Source: Balanoglossus misakiensis
Lineage: Eukaryota; Animalia; Hemichordata
Direction: 5' to 3'
DNA: 64,000 bases
Assembly (NCBI GenBank): GCA_040954595.2
Contig: CM082579.2
Span: 9,103,625 to 9,167,624 of the forward strand
This document shows, piece after piece, positions 14,501-29,500 of this stretch. The position numbers were made by a program, and so were the translations under genes. The stretch's first letter is position 1. Each line of letters starts with the position of its first letter. Under the pieces are notes generated by a model that made no database searches, was not told where the DNA came from, and saw only the letters and a list, made by a program, of their open reading frames with translations.

Positions 14501-17500
14501 CAGTTCTCGTAAAAAAAAAAGTGGCATTTTACCCTTAACCATTCCATTTAGTTTCAATCAAGGCAGAACGCGTTTCTGGCTCTCCGCTTTTGACGGTTGC
14601 CATGGAAATGATAAATCTTGGTCAAACCGGCAGGAAGCGACCCTCGGCCCTCTCCGCCGTTGTCACAGAAGTGAGTAATTAGGTCTTTGTGTGTGTGTGT
14701 GCGCGCGGGGGAATTTTTTTTTACTTATTCTCTCTCCTCTGATGGTTGAGCGCGACTCTTGATGGAATAGGCCAGGACGGCAGAGCGAGGGAAACCTGTG
14801 TGAGGCATCCAGCAGGGTGGATGCATGTTACTCACTTGCTCTGGGAATAACTGTGGCGTATACATCGGCGTGTTGTGAGACGGGTTCGACGTGAAAAGCC
14901 ATGAGCTGGTGCGCCTCCTTCTCCCGGGCGGGCGGCGAGCAGGACGAAGATGCGCTGCTGGCGCACGATGCCAACGTCGTGATATCCACGTGCACCGAGT
15001 ACATGCTCAAAGGCTCCGCCAAAGACGATAAGGGAGAAGAAGAAGAAGAAGGTCAGATAAAAAATGTTCCTTGTCTGACATATCGTTTCTGCTGTTTCCC
15101 TTCAAAGGATACATACATCTTACGTATCACATGTGATTTCGAAATTTAAACATCACGAGTTATTGTGATTCCTGATTGCTTTTTGTTTCTGTATCCCAGC
15201 GTTGTACACTTCTGATTTGTAGCTTTCATAAGGTTTCTGTCTGTGCGAAAAACCTGTGGCTGTAGACTGTCATATCATTTTCCTTCAATTTAATTCAATA
15301 TTTACACTGGCTGCCGTAACTCAATTCCCTTGTTGATACGGTGACTGAAATCTTGATATTTAATGTCGGAAAATGGAATAACGTCACAGAAGAAAATTGC
15401 AAAACGAACAAAATGATCAAATCAAAAGATATTTCAGAAACAAGCATGTGATATTTTCATGCCGCAGACATGTTAATGTTGGGGGTACAGTATGCTGCAG
15501 GGAAGAAGGCAGCATGATATATTGCATGCAAATTAGCCCAGACCTGTCTGAGATCAATGCGAAATGACACTCATCTGAATTCATCAACGTGGATCACTAT
15601 GGTTATATTTTTTAATCACTCCCAATTGAACGTCGAAACCCTGTGGTGCATGTTTGATTACTCATACAATTCAAATCTAAACTGTTTATCTTTGCCGGTT
15701 TCTTGTTTTAATCAAATTTTACCTTTTATGCCCACCTGTGGATTTAGGAATTGTTAGCTCTCGAGATCAACGCTTTTTTTTCTCCAGAAAATTAACTAGA
15801 TTTTCACTTGACACCAAATTTTCTTAATTAGATGTCTAAACAATGCCTGAATGATTGTATGAACCACCCCCCTGAAAACAAAAGTATTAAAATTAGATCT
15901 AAGTCAAGAGATCGGATAAATTCATGCACTTTGAATTTTTTACCAAATTTTCAGCAGAAAGATTTGCAAGACGTGGTCGCGAAGTCTCAGACAATAACGA
16001 TTCCTTAATAATGTCTATTTTTGATGAAATTTTTTGTCGGCTAATGATTTAATCAATCAGTCAGTCATGTGACTGTGTTCTGTCAATGGCAGAAAGGTTG
16101 GAGACATGCTAACAGATGGCTAGTATAAACACAGTGTGTAAATTGAAAAGCTGTTTAATCATGTCCAAATTGGATTCCAAGCTGTGGCTAGTTACCAGGG
16201 TGAAGTTAACTTGGCGTAATTAAATCAGTGGTTTGTGATTAGCAACAGTGCCAGTCCAGGGTGTGCGAGTGAGTCTTTTCTTGATGCACATACATCAGCT
16301 GCAGTGTTATAACTCAGTCAAATATGTGTATCACCTACAATTTCTTTTTCAGTGGCATTTGACTTCAAGACTCAATTCAACGTGCACCAAACCAGTTTTT
16401 GGCAATTTTAGAATTTTCACTCAATTTGTGCACACATTTTGTGCAGATATGATATCAATTTCATCTTCAAGAAAGCTTATGTTATAAATGCCAAAAAAAA
16501 CATTACCGCTGTATATTTTTCCACCCACTACAGTGTTTTTAAAAATTGTGCTATTTACCCAAGTGGGCTTGGTAATATCTCATAGAATATAGCTCGTCGG
16601 TTGAACAAGACTTCCTGATTGTAACAGAACAGTGCCTGAGGTCTGCCGTCATGAAACAAACACCCAGTTAGTAAACAAATTGGTCAGTTTGGAAACCACT
16701 GTAAATTACTGGCCCTAAAAAATGAACTTTGACCCAAACTGTCGGTCAGGGGAGTCCAATAAAGCATTGTTTTTTTGGCAGTGCGTGCGTGGAACAGGTA
16801 CAAACTGTTTGTACACCTTTACGCGAAATCTGACAGAATGGCCTCACAACCCTCGGTATTGGGTAAGTGGTTTCAGTATCAACATGTCATGTTTTTAGAT
16901 GTGGAGTGGTGATATTTGGGGAACTGGAAATCAACGCAGGCAGACATGGTGTGAGGTGGCAGGTGTTTATTGGCTACATGAAAGGGCTGTTTAACTAGTA
17001 CTACTTTCTGTGTATGTCACGGAAGCCCCCCAAAAACAAACAAACAACAACCAAACAAACCAAACAACGCTTTATACTGTATGAGCTTATTTGCATAATG
17101 ATACAAATGTTTGTTATGGTAATGAGTTTAGGGGTTAGGCACTTTTGGCTGGACTGCGACTGTTTTTAATGCCTGTCTGCAGTTACGGGCCATGAAGTGT
17201 CAATATTCACTCAATCAATGGCAGTCTTTAATGATCTGGAAGGGTTAGCTGCATTCTCTGACGCCATGCGTCATTGACATTTGGCCAAGGAAATGTCCAG
17301 ACAAGAAAATAAGGAAACACAATGCCATTATTCCCCAGTCTATTCCCCAGTGAGGATTATTTAGTCCAGCCTAGGGCCTGGTCAGATTTTTTCCAATGTG
17401 AACGGCACTAGCAGTTTGCGAACATGTATAGTAAATACCATATTGAAGAGCTTGGAACTCTTGAACTCTGTGTTAGAAATATGAAAAGCAAATTAACTGC

Positions 17501-20500
17501 TTGCAGTCTTGCAGACATGCATGTAAATGAATTCCCCATTGAAAACCCTCTTGTAGTTGACTGAGATTTAAAGTACCACTGTTGCTATGGAGACAGTGTT
17601 TCAATATCCACACATTAGTGTGCAAGCTTTGTTGCACTTTTCTTTGAGGGGGAAACTACACTAGTGTTTTCTAGAAGAAAGGCAGGGATCATAATTTAAA
17701 TATAGCTATATGTAGCTGCTGTATCTCAAAGCTGTACGCAAGTCTGAATTATTTGCTCTTCTCCTGACGTGTGTTGATAGTAATTGATTTAAGAACACTT
17801 GAAAGACAACTGAATTCTTGAGTTGCCTCGCACATCGTCAGAGCAAAGCTGTTCGTTAGTCACGTCTTGATGTAACAGATACATATTCTGTTACATCAAT
17901 GTGTATCACCGTTGTACATGTGACTTGTACTTCAATATAGTTACAAATTTTTCAATTAAAATGCGGTTAGAAGTCTGTATTCAGGCCACCCACGCATAGA
18001 CACTGGTGGGCAGCCTGAAGGCTTCCTGTTCTGTCAGGAAGTACAATAGGCATTTCATAGAAATGTCCTGCCTCCAGGCAGTAGAGGTGTTTCTGTGTGC
18101 ATCAGTTTTATCTATCACAAAATTTTCATCCTAAAAAGTTAGCGTTGAGTGCTTTGGAAGCAAGATGTTTGATCAAAGCCTGAAAGGCAGACGAAATCGT
18201 GCAGAATCATAGAGACACCTGTTTTTGCTTTAATGGATTTTCTGCGAGCGATTCCTGCCGCTTGAAATAGTTATTTTTTATCTTCATCCTGAGGGGTCAG
18301 TATATATTATTGCATTGTGGGTAAAAAAGTCGACAACTCGCAGTAGTCGGAAACTACATTGTCCACCCTTGAACTTCTAGAAAAAATCACTACGGTAAAT
18401 AAATAATGAATACAGTGATGTCAGCTTCTCTGGTGGCACATCAACTCACTAACTGACTGTCCCCCCCCCCCATTTGTCCATGAAATGGAATCTCCCAATT
18501 CCATCAGAAATGTGGAGAGGTTATAAAGCATCCCATTGTCAATGAGTGAAGATATGATTACAGGATGTGTTGAGTTGTCTGTCTGTTTCTCTGTATTGTC
18601 GGATATGTTTTTGTCTCAAAGTATCAGCAATTTCTATAAATCTCTTCTATTTCAATTTTTTATATATGTCGTCCAAATTACTAAGTGCTTGACGAACGAT
18701 CTCATTTGCTGTGGAAACTTGAAACTTTGATATATTTTTTTTTTCAAATGGGGCACACATGGAAAATATATTTGTAACACAATCTCTAGACGTAATTTTG
18801 TGTGCTTTATTTTGCGCCTTAAATATACGACTGCTATAAATCACCCAAATGTGTAAATGTACCCGACATTAATTATAATCTAAAAACGTACCGAAACACC
18901 CACACAAATATCCACTTGAGAAAATCGAGATGATTGGCAGTAAACTTGGGCTTCATTCACGAAGATAAAAACAGCATAATATTTTGGCAGTTTTTTTAGA
19001 GTGAGAAACTAAGAGCGTCACAGACTCGGCCATCCTCCTAATTCATAGCCTAAAGTTACACGATCAGACTGGCTCCAGTATTCCTCGAAGAAGCTTCGTG
19101 ATGACAGCGCTGCTTTCTGCCATTTCTCAGGACACAGGTTTTATATCTTTCATGTCTCTTTTGTCTAATGTTGTCCGTTTTCAACTTGAATGTCACATAC
19201 AGCTCGTTGTTAGAATTTTTGATGTGTGAAGGATCACGTTCGGTATAAAATGTTAAATTGTTTAACCACTGGCACTTACTTGTATGTATGTCTTCAAGCC
19301 ACCGTGAGAAATAATTTAATCAAACACATCATCCGAATATTCATCTGCTTTCGTAATCCCATCATCTCGTTTTCACAATGGACTTTTACTCTCGTGCTTG
19401 TTCAAACTAATCAGAGATGACATTGATAATGATATGATGTAATGCATAATAAGCTGTTTCTTAGGGAGTCACAAATTGAAAGCTTTTAAAGGTGTACATT
19501 TGTAGTTTTCTTGATCTGGCTGTCTGTTATGGGCTTAGAATGGATCACACATGCAGTTTCACGCCGGGTGCTTATACTGGTAAACAGTGAATGTCTGATG
19601 TACATGAAGGTGTCTATTTGTGCATTTGTGTGTCAAATGTTATCTGTGTGTGTACATGTCTGTATGTCTGTACAAATGTATGGATGTATGTATGAAGGTG
19701 TACATCTGAATATCAACATACATCTATCACTTCTACACTTTTCCTGTCTATCTACTCTGTGTGTCTGTGTGTCTGTCTGTGTATGTGTGTCAGTATGTCT
19801 GTCCACCCTGATGGCCACCTACATGTACATTGTAGCTACAGATAGATATTCTTCTAAAAATTGTCTATGTGACATAGTCGTGCTCATGTGTGTATGGATT
19901 GTTCATTTGAAAGGAAAATGTATGCAACCATGCAAAACACTGACTGATCATCTGCTCCTATTGATAATCCTAAGTAGAATAGAAGAATACTTATAGTGAC
20001 GTATGTACAGGTATTTGTACCTGCTAATAACTAAGAGGCTGTAGCAAATGTACATGTACATCACCTTCTGAAGTCGCATCTTTCATCGTTGTCCCGTTTT
20101 CTCACAGGTCTGGTTGAACCGCTGGAGGACTTACACATAGACACCGGAAAGTACGATGACTTCCACACAATTGACTGGCAGAAGGACATTCAGAAAGACC
20201 GGCAGCGACACAAGCGGATACACAGGGATAGGGACAAATCCTGGTTCAATAAATTGAAAGCGGCGCACGACGCGTGGTCAGGATGGTTGGTTGTGTTCTT
20301 GGTCGGCGTCGCTGCAGGTGTGTACGACTTACAAGCTTTGACTGAAAATCATCGATAATGTACATGAATGTTTTTTTTTCTGCATTGATCATTGTCTGAC
20401 CATAGTGGCATTCATTGGACTTTTTAAGGTAGTATGCGCCTCAGGAACAGATTTGGGAATTTAAAGGTTTTAAGGTAGACCTTCAAACCTTATCATTTCC

Positions 20501-23500
20501 TATATTAAAGGGTGTGGAGATTCTTCGTCTAAACAGAAGAAAACGTGTTCTATGCCATCTTTAAAAAAAAATGATACTCTAAATTTTTTTCCATAGAGTT
20601 AACACAGAGCTTGGTGGCCATTTTGAGTTTCAAATTTGATACAAGTGGACCCTCTCATTCAAAGATTTGCACCGTGACCCTCATTTTTTCTCTCAATTTT
20701 AAGAGAAAATTCTCTGAAGTTGTATAGAGCAAAATGTGAGAAAACATTCAAGACCGATTTTCAAGACCCAATACTACCTTAACTGCAGTCAACTTGTCTC
20801 CAAAAAACTCTCCAAATTGTATGTTGGTTTTCCTCTTGTCTGATTTTACTGCGAAAACAGGCTGAAATGGAGCACTTGCCTTTTAATTCAATTGGGACAT
20901 TCGTGTCGCCGTTAATGTTGCAGTTGGAATCCTGTCGTGATAGATTTGAGAGATTGTCGTCGGTTTTTTTCTATTTAAGAGCTCTAATCTTGAATTGGCA
21001 AAGTCTGTGGAATGGCCTAATCACAGTGTGTGTGTGTGCGTAAAACCCATGCCATCTAAAACAGGATGAGATTAGCAGTGCTGGCACTTTGCCTTTGTTT
21101 TATTCCTTCTTGCTTAATATATATATATACTAGTATATGTATAATTATCTTGGCAGTTGTGTTGTACATGTACTACAAATCCCCATTGTGTTAACACAGG
21201 TACGTGCGCCGGCATCATTGACATTGGAGCCCTGTGGATCTCCGATCTCAAACTGGGCGTGTGTCCCCAGGCCTTCTACCTGAACAGGGAGCAGTGCTGC
21301 TGGGCGGAGAACGACACGGACGAGCTGAAATTCAACGACCGCGGCTGCTCCAAGTGGCACACCTGGGCCGAGCTCTTCAACATCCTGGGCGAAAACGCCG
21401 GCAGCTACATCGTCAACTATTTATTCTACACGCTGTGGGCAGTGTCCCTGGCGGCGCTGGCCGTGATGCTGGTGAAGGTCTTTGCGCCGTACGCCTGTGG
21501 CTCAGGTATACCCGAGGTGAGTTATACACCGGAATATACTGTAAAACGGGTTATTTTCGCGACAGGAAATTTTCGCGTATCAACAGAGGCAACTGTTACA
21601 CGAGGATTACTTTTGGCGTTCTCGTATTTCACTAACTGCATCATTATCTCCGAAAGACATTTTACGCGACTTTTTATTTTTCAAGTTTTTTTTTTTGGCT
21701 CTCCCGTATTTCGTGAAAATTTATTGCTGGCGAAAATAACCTGTTTTACAGTATGTGAATGAATTGTTTCAACTGCCCACTGCACTATCATGTTCAAACT
21801 ACCTGAACTGGCCTAGAAGAAAAATATTAGAGAATAAAATAACATAATTATCTCGAATTTGCTTAGTTAGGCTGCGAATTATTTCTGGAGTAGGCCTAAT
21901 GTAAAAAACATGTCTCCAACTCCTTGTGTGTTGAACACTTATATTTTCCTAGCGCATTAACCATTTGAACCTAGCTTCCAAATGACATCATAGGTCACCA
22001 GGGGACAGAGTTCAAAGGTTAATGACCTTTGTTTTACCATCTTTTTATTTCTTTTAGTGCCTATTAAAATTTTAAAAATAACATACCATATAATTTTTTT
22101 TTCAGATCAAAACAATATTAAGTGGTTTTATTATCAGAGGCTATTTAGGAAAGTGGACACTACTTATCAAATCAGTGACTATGATGTTAGCTGTGTCAGC
22201 CGGTCTCAGCCTGGGAAAAGAGGGACCCCTGGTCCACGTGGCCTGTTGCTGTGGCAACATCTTTTCATACTTATTTCCGAAATACGGAAAAAATGAAGCC
22301 AAGAAAAGGGAGGTGAGTACAGGGAGTTTGGGAGAAACTAGCCAGTTTGATTTGTGTAAGATAGAAAATCTGCCCAGTTGCTTTGGTCTTTGTATATATG
22401 TACGATCCGTTTCTGAAGTGGCCAAGTACATTGCCATTCTACAACAATACCCGTTGTACTGATTAAGAGGCCCCCTTATCTTCTTTCCTAAAAAACAGTC
22501 AAAACACCAAAAATATCCCTGTTTGCATTTAAATTCATAGTGTGGATATAACATAAGTAAAAAATGGAATAAGAAATGTGACATATTTTCCGTTTGCAGG
22601 TTTTATCGGCAGCGTCAGCCGCTGGCGTATCTGTAGCGTTTGGTGCACCCATCGGAGGCGTTCTTTTTAGTCTAGAAGAGGTAAGGTCTTCATTTCATGC
22701 CACTACATTGCTACCTCAGATTATGAACATAGAGTTGTAACCATAGCAACATAATGCCTCTCAAAAAAAAATAGTTATTTGCATTTTCTCTCGTATTGAT
22801 CATTTCGTTCCTTTTTCAGGATGTTTCCTGATCTACAGGATCAGTCTATTTGCTTTCCGCATTTTCTTTGGCCATTTTTACCACAGTCTGGTTATTTATA
22901 CAGACAGACAACTGAAGCCCGATTGTGAACAAGGAGAATATTAATTTTCTGTATTTATAGTGCAATTAATTTTGGTGCCTGTTGAAGTCAGTGTTACCTC
23001 CCTGCCAACAGAAACCCATTCAGACTGCTCAGTTCTGTGCTTTTTGCTGTCAAGTTTGATATGGTAATACAGCAATCTCTGTACAGATTGCCATGTCATT
23101 AGGGAGCTTCACTTGGACAAAAGGACTTTGGGAATACCTGTAACATTTACAGGCTTTTTAAAATTACTACAACAAAATCTCTAGAGACAATGAAACACAG
23201 GTTAATAGTGCTCAAAACTGTAATTAGAAATTCTAGTATAAGCTTTATGTATTTGTTAAAAAGCCTGTATGAGACATGATATCATTTCATCATTATAATA
23301 AATAAATGAACAAATAGATCTTTTTTAGTTTGTGCACCTGATACCACAAAAAATGAATTACTGTGATGCTGCAGATACTGAATGGCCTTGAGAATAAATC
23401 ATGAAAGTTAAAACATCTTCTGATTATTAATACAGATATGTGTAATTCTGAGAATAAAATCATAAACAGTTTGCCAAAATTAGAATGTCTGGTCAAACAT

Positions 23501-26500
23501 TAAGCCTATTCCATAACGCGATCTCCTACTCATGAAACTCGGACTTCGCTGCAGTGTTTTAAACTCATTCATTTGTAATTTCTAATTTCGAAAAATGGAG
23601 TGACTAAGGGACAGAAAAATCAGGTTGGAATAAATTCTGTGTTCACAGATACATTGACGTTATCACCCCGTCACCATTACAACCACTGAAAGGAAAGTGC
23701 AGTAATTCGAAAACAGATAATTTTTGAAGCGCGAGAGATATCAGTGTCGTTACTTAGGGCCCATCAGACATCTGCATTTGGCATTTTGACTCGGCGATAA
23801 TGGAGATACACGTTTTACGCTAGTTCACTTATCCTATATACATGTGGCATCTATCTGTCACTTGCAGGCTTTGATCACTTTGGTGTCTGACTCTGTGCGA
23901 TTGTTGTGATAATTGATGGGGGTCAGGGCCGGCTCCACTTGGCAGTGATCTGCACAGTCATTGAGGAGTAATCAAATTGTTTTTCCCCCATTTGATTATC
24001 AGGAAAAAAATATCCAAGATGGGTTTAACCCTGTCATCCCTGTTTCCCTCTTTAAAGGTCCAACTTTGCCATAGAAACAGTAGATTTGGACCAAACCATC
24101 GTGGTGAAAGTTTTTTTAGGTCCCATTGGTATAGGCCTATATACCATGGGACCTTATGGGATGGGTTGCGTCTGTATGTATGTATGGATGGATGGATGTA
24201 TGGATGTATGGATGTATGGATGTATGGATGTATGGATGTATGTCTGTATGTCCGTCCACATCAAAAACTTGAAAACCGCTGCGCGTATCACCTCAATATT
24301 TGGTGTGTAGGTGCAGGCAGGGCTGTAGATGGGAGTTTGTCCAAACGAAGTTGCCAGGCCCAAAAATATGCAAATTAGCTGGAAAATGGTGAAATTGATC
24401 AAAACTCTGTAAGTCAACAACTACTGGTCAGATTGCTTTGAAAATTGGTATGCATGTACCTTATGTCAACCTCACAATGACCTGTAAGTGTTAAGTTGAT
24501 ATCATGGATGTTTTATTTTTTATGATTTTTTTAGTCTTTTTATTAAATTTATACCTTGACTTATACCTCAATGGTTAAGCTATGTCCACGTCTTATTGTG
24601 GAATTCTGGTCTGTGCAATAGTCCTGTACAGTGACTGTCTATTGGTCAGTGAGCACAACGGGGCCAAAATAAAAGGCAAATTTTTGGGCTCACCTGTAAC
24701 ACCTGCTTAACACATTAATTATGTGCATACCTAATTCCGGGCTAACTAATAGGGCTAGAGGTTTCGTTCTTGTGGGACATGGACCAGTATAGGGTCAAAA
24801 TTTCTTGCCCAAAGTTTGGGTGACCTCAGGTGACCTTTGACCTACTTTCCTATATCTGGGCATCCAGAGCAGGTACAGACTTGGCGTTTGGAGGGTTGGG
24901 ACTAAAATTGAAAAGCTAAAATATGGGTCACCTGTGACACCTGCATATCTCATTAATTATGTGCATACCTAATTCCAGGCTAACCAATAGGGCTATAGGT
25001 TTGGTTTTTGTTGAACATGGACCAGTATAGGGTCAAAATTTCTTGCCCAAATTTTGCATGACCTCAGGTGACCTTTGACCTACTTTTCCATATCTTGGCA
25101 TCCAGAGCAGGTACAGACTTGGCGTTTGGAGGATTGGCACTAAAATTGAGAAGCCAAAATTGGGGGTCACCTGTGACACCTGCATATCTCATTAATTATG
25201 TGCATACCTAATTCCAGGCTAACCAATAAGGCTATAGGTTTGGTTTTTGTTGAACATGGACCAGTATAGGGTCAAAATTTCTTGCCCAAATTTTGCATGA
25301 CCTTAGGTGACCTTTGACCTACTTTACCAAATCTTGGCATCTAGAGCAGGTACAGACTTGGCGTTTGGAGGGTTGGCACTAAAATTGAAAAGCCAAAATT
25401 GGGGGTCACCTGTGACACCTGGTATCTCATTAATTATGTGCATACCTAATCCTAGGCTAACCAATAAGGCTATAGGTTTGGTTTTTATTGAACATGGACC
25501 AGTATAAGGTCAAAATTTCTTGCCCAAATGTTGCATGACCTCAGGTGACCTTTGACCTACTTTATCATATCTTGGCATCCAGAGCAAATACAGACTTCGC
25601 GTTTGGAGGGTTGGGACTAAAATTGAAAAGCCAAAATATGGGTCACCTGTGACACCTGCATATCTCATTAATTATGTGCATACCTAATTACAGGCTAACC
25701 AATAGGGCTATAGGTTTGGTTTTTGTTCAACATTGACCAGTATAGGGTCAAAATTTCTTGCCCAAATTTTGCATGACCTCAGGTGACCTTTGACCTACTT
25801 TTCCATATCTTGGCATCCAGAGCAGATATGCTTATTGCTATGTTGCTATGTGCTATGTCCTCAAATGGGACCACAGTGTCCTTGACGCTATTTTTTTAAT
25901 TGCATATGCATGATGCAACTTTTCCTAACGTAGTAAATAAGCTGTGTTCAGGTCAAATTGATAATCAGTATATTTGCTCAAGTATATTTATACACTGGGG
26001 CCACAGGTGTAAAATTTATTTTATGTACGTCTAACACACTTCCACACAATGAAGTGAGAAAATGCTCACAGCTACTTCTGTTTCCATGTGATTTTGGACT
26101 TGACATTGATCATAATTACACTTTAGGGCATTATAATATAGCAATTGAAGTGCTCAGTTATTACACTGAGTCACTCTATGAGATATGAGATGGCAATGAA
26201 TGGAATACATGTAATTTCATTTTATGAGAACTGATTTTATATTATGCTGTGTTTGTATGTAATAGACATTTTAAATGCTGACAAATGAATCGAAATCCAG
26301 ACTTGAAATCTGTCAAAAATAACAAGTGAATGCTGAATGAATGAACGCTGGCTGTGTTTGTATTGGACATTTCATTATATTTTAGGAAATCAGAAAAAAA
26401 TAGATTGTAGGGGCACGCAGACTAAAAATACTTAACAAATACCCCAAAGGTACAACTAATGAAGCTTTAATTATTTCCCGTTTTCCCTTTTTCTCTCTCA

Positions 26501-29500
26501 GGTGAGTTATTACTTTCCCATGAAGACGCTATGGAGGTCGTTCTTTTGTGCGTTGGTGGCAGCGTTCGTGTTGAGAACCATCAACCCCTTCGGCACAGAC
26601 CATCTCGTAATGTTCTACGTGGAATACGACACACCTTCGCAGTTCTTTGAGCTGGTGCCGTTTATTTTACTGGGAGTCTTTGGGGTGAGTTGCTTGAAAT
26701 GTGCCAAGTCCAGAGGTGCCTGAAGTGAAAAAATTAATAATCTCATAAATGCTGATGGAGAGGAATTCTATAAAAAAATCACAGAAATTAGCTGGTCGTG
26801 TAGTTTCAGTGTTATCAAATATGTGAGTTTCAAACCCGGATGTTGAATATTTTTTTCCCTGCATTTTGATGAGTCATCTAATGTCTGCAAATTTTGTTTC
26901 GTTGTGAACGTGTATGCAGAAGCATTTGTTGTGTCGTACATTATAAGACCTCATAAAATTTTATACTCGACCTGATTGTGTCGGTTTTTCTCCCAGTTTA
27001 TTTCGTTTCTCACTAGCGCCGATCCTATTTTAGTACATCCGCCATAAATTGTAATTTGGAAATCACTGCTTAATCCTGTGTCATACTAATTCAAAATTGG
27101 CACCGACACATGCACACAGACAGGCAGTGCTAGATTCTTCTTGAATATTTGGCATGAAGAGTTTGCCTTGAGTGGGTATACCGAGCACAGTTGAGATGAA
27201 CCGATAATTCAGTTCGTACAAAGTGTGGATTAGTCTTGCTCCAAGACTGTGTGATACTGAAAAAGAAATGCGCGTCCGCGTTGCGTATAGAACATGACGC
27301 GACGCTAATCACACAGTCTTGCCGATTCTGTAAACGCCCTCAAGTGGTTTTACCAGATTTTGGTAAGTAGCGGAGAACATTCGAACCTCAGATGTCTGTC
27401 AATCAAATTAGCGTCGCGTCAACATGAGTTCTATACGCGCACATACCACGTACAGAATACGCATTTTTGGGCGTTATCGCGATTTTTGTGCGCTTCTAGA
27501 TGTTCTACATGCAAATTAATGCCGCTCATGAATATTCATATCAAATATATGTGTGCAGAAACGTACAGTCGCTATGCCTGGCGGCGCGTCCACGTACGCT
27601 GACGCAGTTCCGAAAGTTCCATAGGCACAGCGACTGCTTAGAGTCTAAGTGTGGATGTACGCGGTGTCACCAGTATTAGAGTTTCATTTCGATCCTTTTT
27701 TATTGTACATGTACATTTCACACTAATTATATGGACTTCTACACTGAAATAGAAAATATTTGTGCCAGTGAAAACTTTTGTTCACCAATGAAGATATGCA
27801 AACAAAAAATCTGTAAATTGATGAACAATGTTGAAGAAGCCATGAAAGTTTTATGGCACAGAGACTAACAAAGTTTTATAGCAGAGCGACTAACAAGGTG
27901 TAGCCATAAAAACAGAATCCCTGATGCCTTGGAAAACTGCCTCTACTGAAATTCTTTTCCCATTGAGTTTCCTTGTTAATTTAATGAATATTCTGTACAA
28001 CAAACTCAGGGCTACAATTTATCACATTCTCGGTTTTAGAGTTCTTTTAACTTGGATGTCTTATTTGCAGGGCCTGTATGGTGCGTTTTTCAACAAAATG
28101 AATTTAAAGTGGTGTCAATTCCGCAAGACCACCACACTTGGGAAGTACCCGGTGGTAGAGGTGAGAGATTTCATAATGTCAAGGCTACTTGTTTGAGATT
28201 GCGGTTTCATGGGAAAAAAATACAGGTTCTATTTGAAATTCACTTTGCTGACTGTGTGTGTGTTGTTGAATGGCTTCCTGAATCCACTGCAACGACAGTG
28301 CAGCAATACAGTTGCAGACACCTGCAGCGACAGGTAGAGAGCAGACAGGGGGGAATATGGCTCTTCTGCAGTCCCGCCTTTGTGTGTGCTTTCTAGCAAC
28401 GCTGATGAAATGAAATTTCATGGCCCCGGGAGATGCGGTGAAATGGCCGGTAGTGATTACTGTTTAAAATGTCATATCATCGTCGTATACTGTTCGGATT
28501 GCGTAAGTTGATATAGCTGACCTTTATGGACTGCCTGCATTCGCAATTATAGCAACGATTTCATTGTATCTCACAAATCCGGCTTCATCTCAAATGTCAA
28601 TCGACAATAAGGGGGGGGGGGGGGGGGGTTCTTCATATATTTTGTACATGGGAACATACAAGTAGGAGTTTGCAATGTTGCAATGAAGAGCTATTCTCCA
28701 CAATTGACAGCATTTACTTTACACATTCCAGGTCATAACATTGGCATTGATAACAGCAATAATCAGCTACCCTAATCCGTACACTAGAATGAGTTCCAGT
28801 CAGCTCATAGAACTGTTATTTCAAAAATGTGGACCAGAGGATAACTACATGCTATGGTGAGAATTGTCTTGTAAGCCTGTTGGAAACAATTTTTCGGTGA
28901 TCAATGTGATTTTGCTGTGTGTCCTTCTTACGGACAGTGATTAGAGAACACCAGTAAAAACAAATGTATTTGTTTCATTTTTTTTTTTCAGTAACTACAA
29001 TAGGAATTACACATTGATGTTGCATACTGGCAGTATATCCGGCGCGGCAGCAGGGCCCGGAATTTACAAGTCACTATGGCTACTAGCGCTAGCTCTTGTA
29101 TTCAAAGGCATCATTACTATCTTTACTTTTGGTATCAAGGTAAGTCAAGGGAGGAAGTTTATTAAAGAAAGTGTTGCAGTAATTGTGATGAATATGAGAC
29201 TAAACATTTGCAGAGTTCTCTTATGAATATATTTGAAGCCTCTGGTACATGCAGAGTCATTTCAAAAAGCACTGTTAAAATTTCCATTGTGTATAGTGGT
29301 AAACGTCGTTAATGACTAATTCTGTGTTTCATTGCCCCAACCAGGTACCGGCCGGGCTGTTTATCCCTAGTATGGCTATCGGCGCATGTGCCGGCCGGCT
29401 GCTTGGCTTTGCAATGGAACAACTAGTCTAGTGAGTACTACTCTAGAAAACATTTCAACCACATGGAAATGTTCACCATAAATTGAGCTGTGGAAGAGCT

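Noticed and set aside
19511-19996. 161-aa ORF in a CLC intron
   Set aside because: Produced by (TG)/(TGTA)-rich simple sequence; a C/V/M-biased translation.
24665-25825. Regularly spaced repeats as a CRISPR array
   Set aside because: Whole 238-bp units repeat with no unique spacers, there are no cas genes, and the context is a eukaryotic intron.
27130-27650. CpG-rich patch with nested inverted repeats (CAAGACTGTGTGAT / ATCACACAGTCTTG)
   Set aside because: Probably a decayed non-autonomous transposon, but I could not define ends or a TSD.
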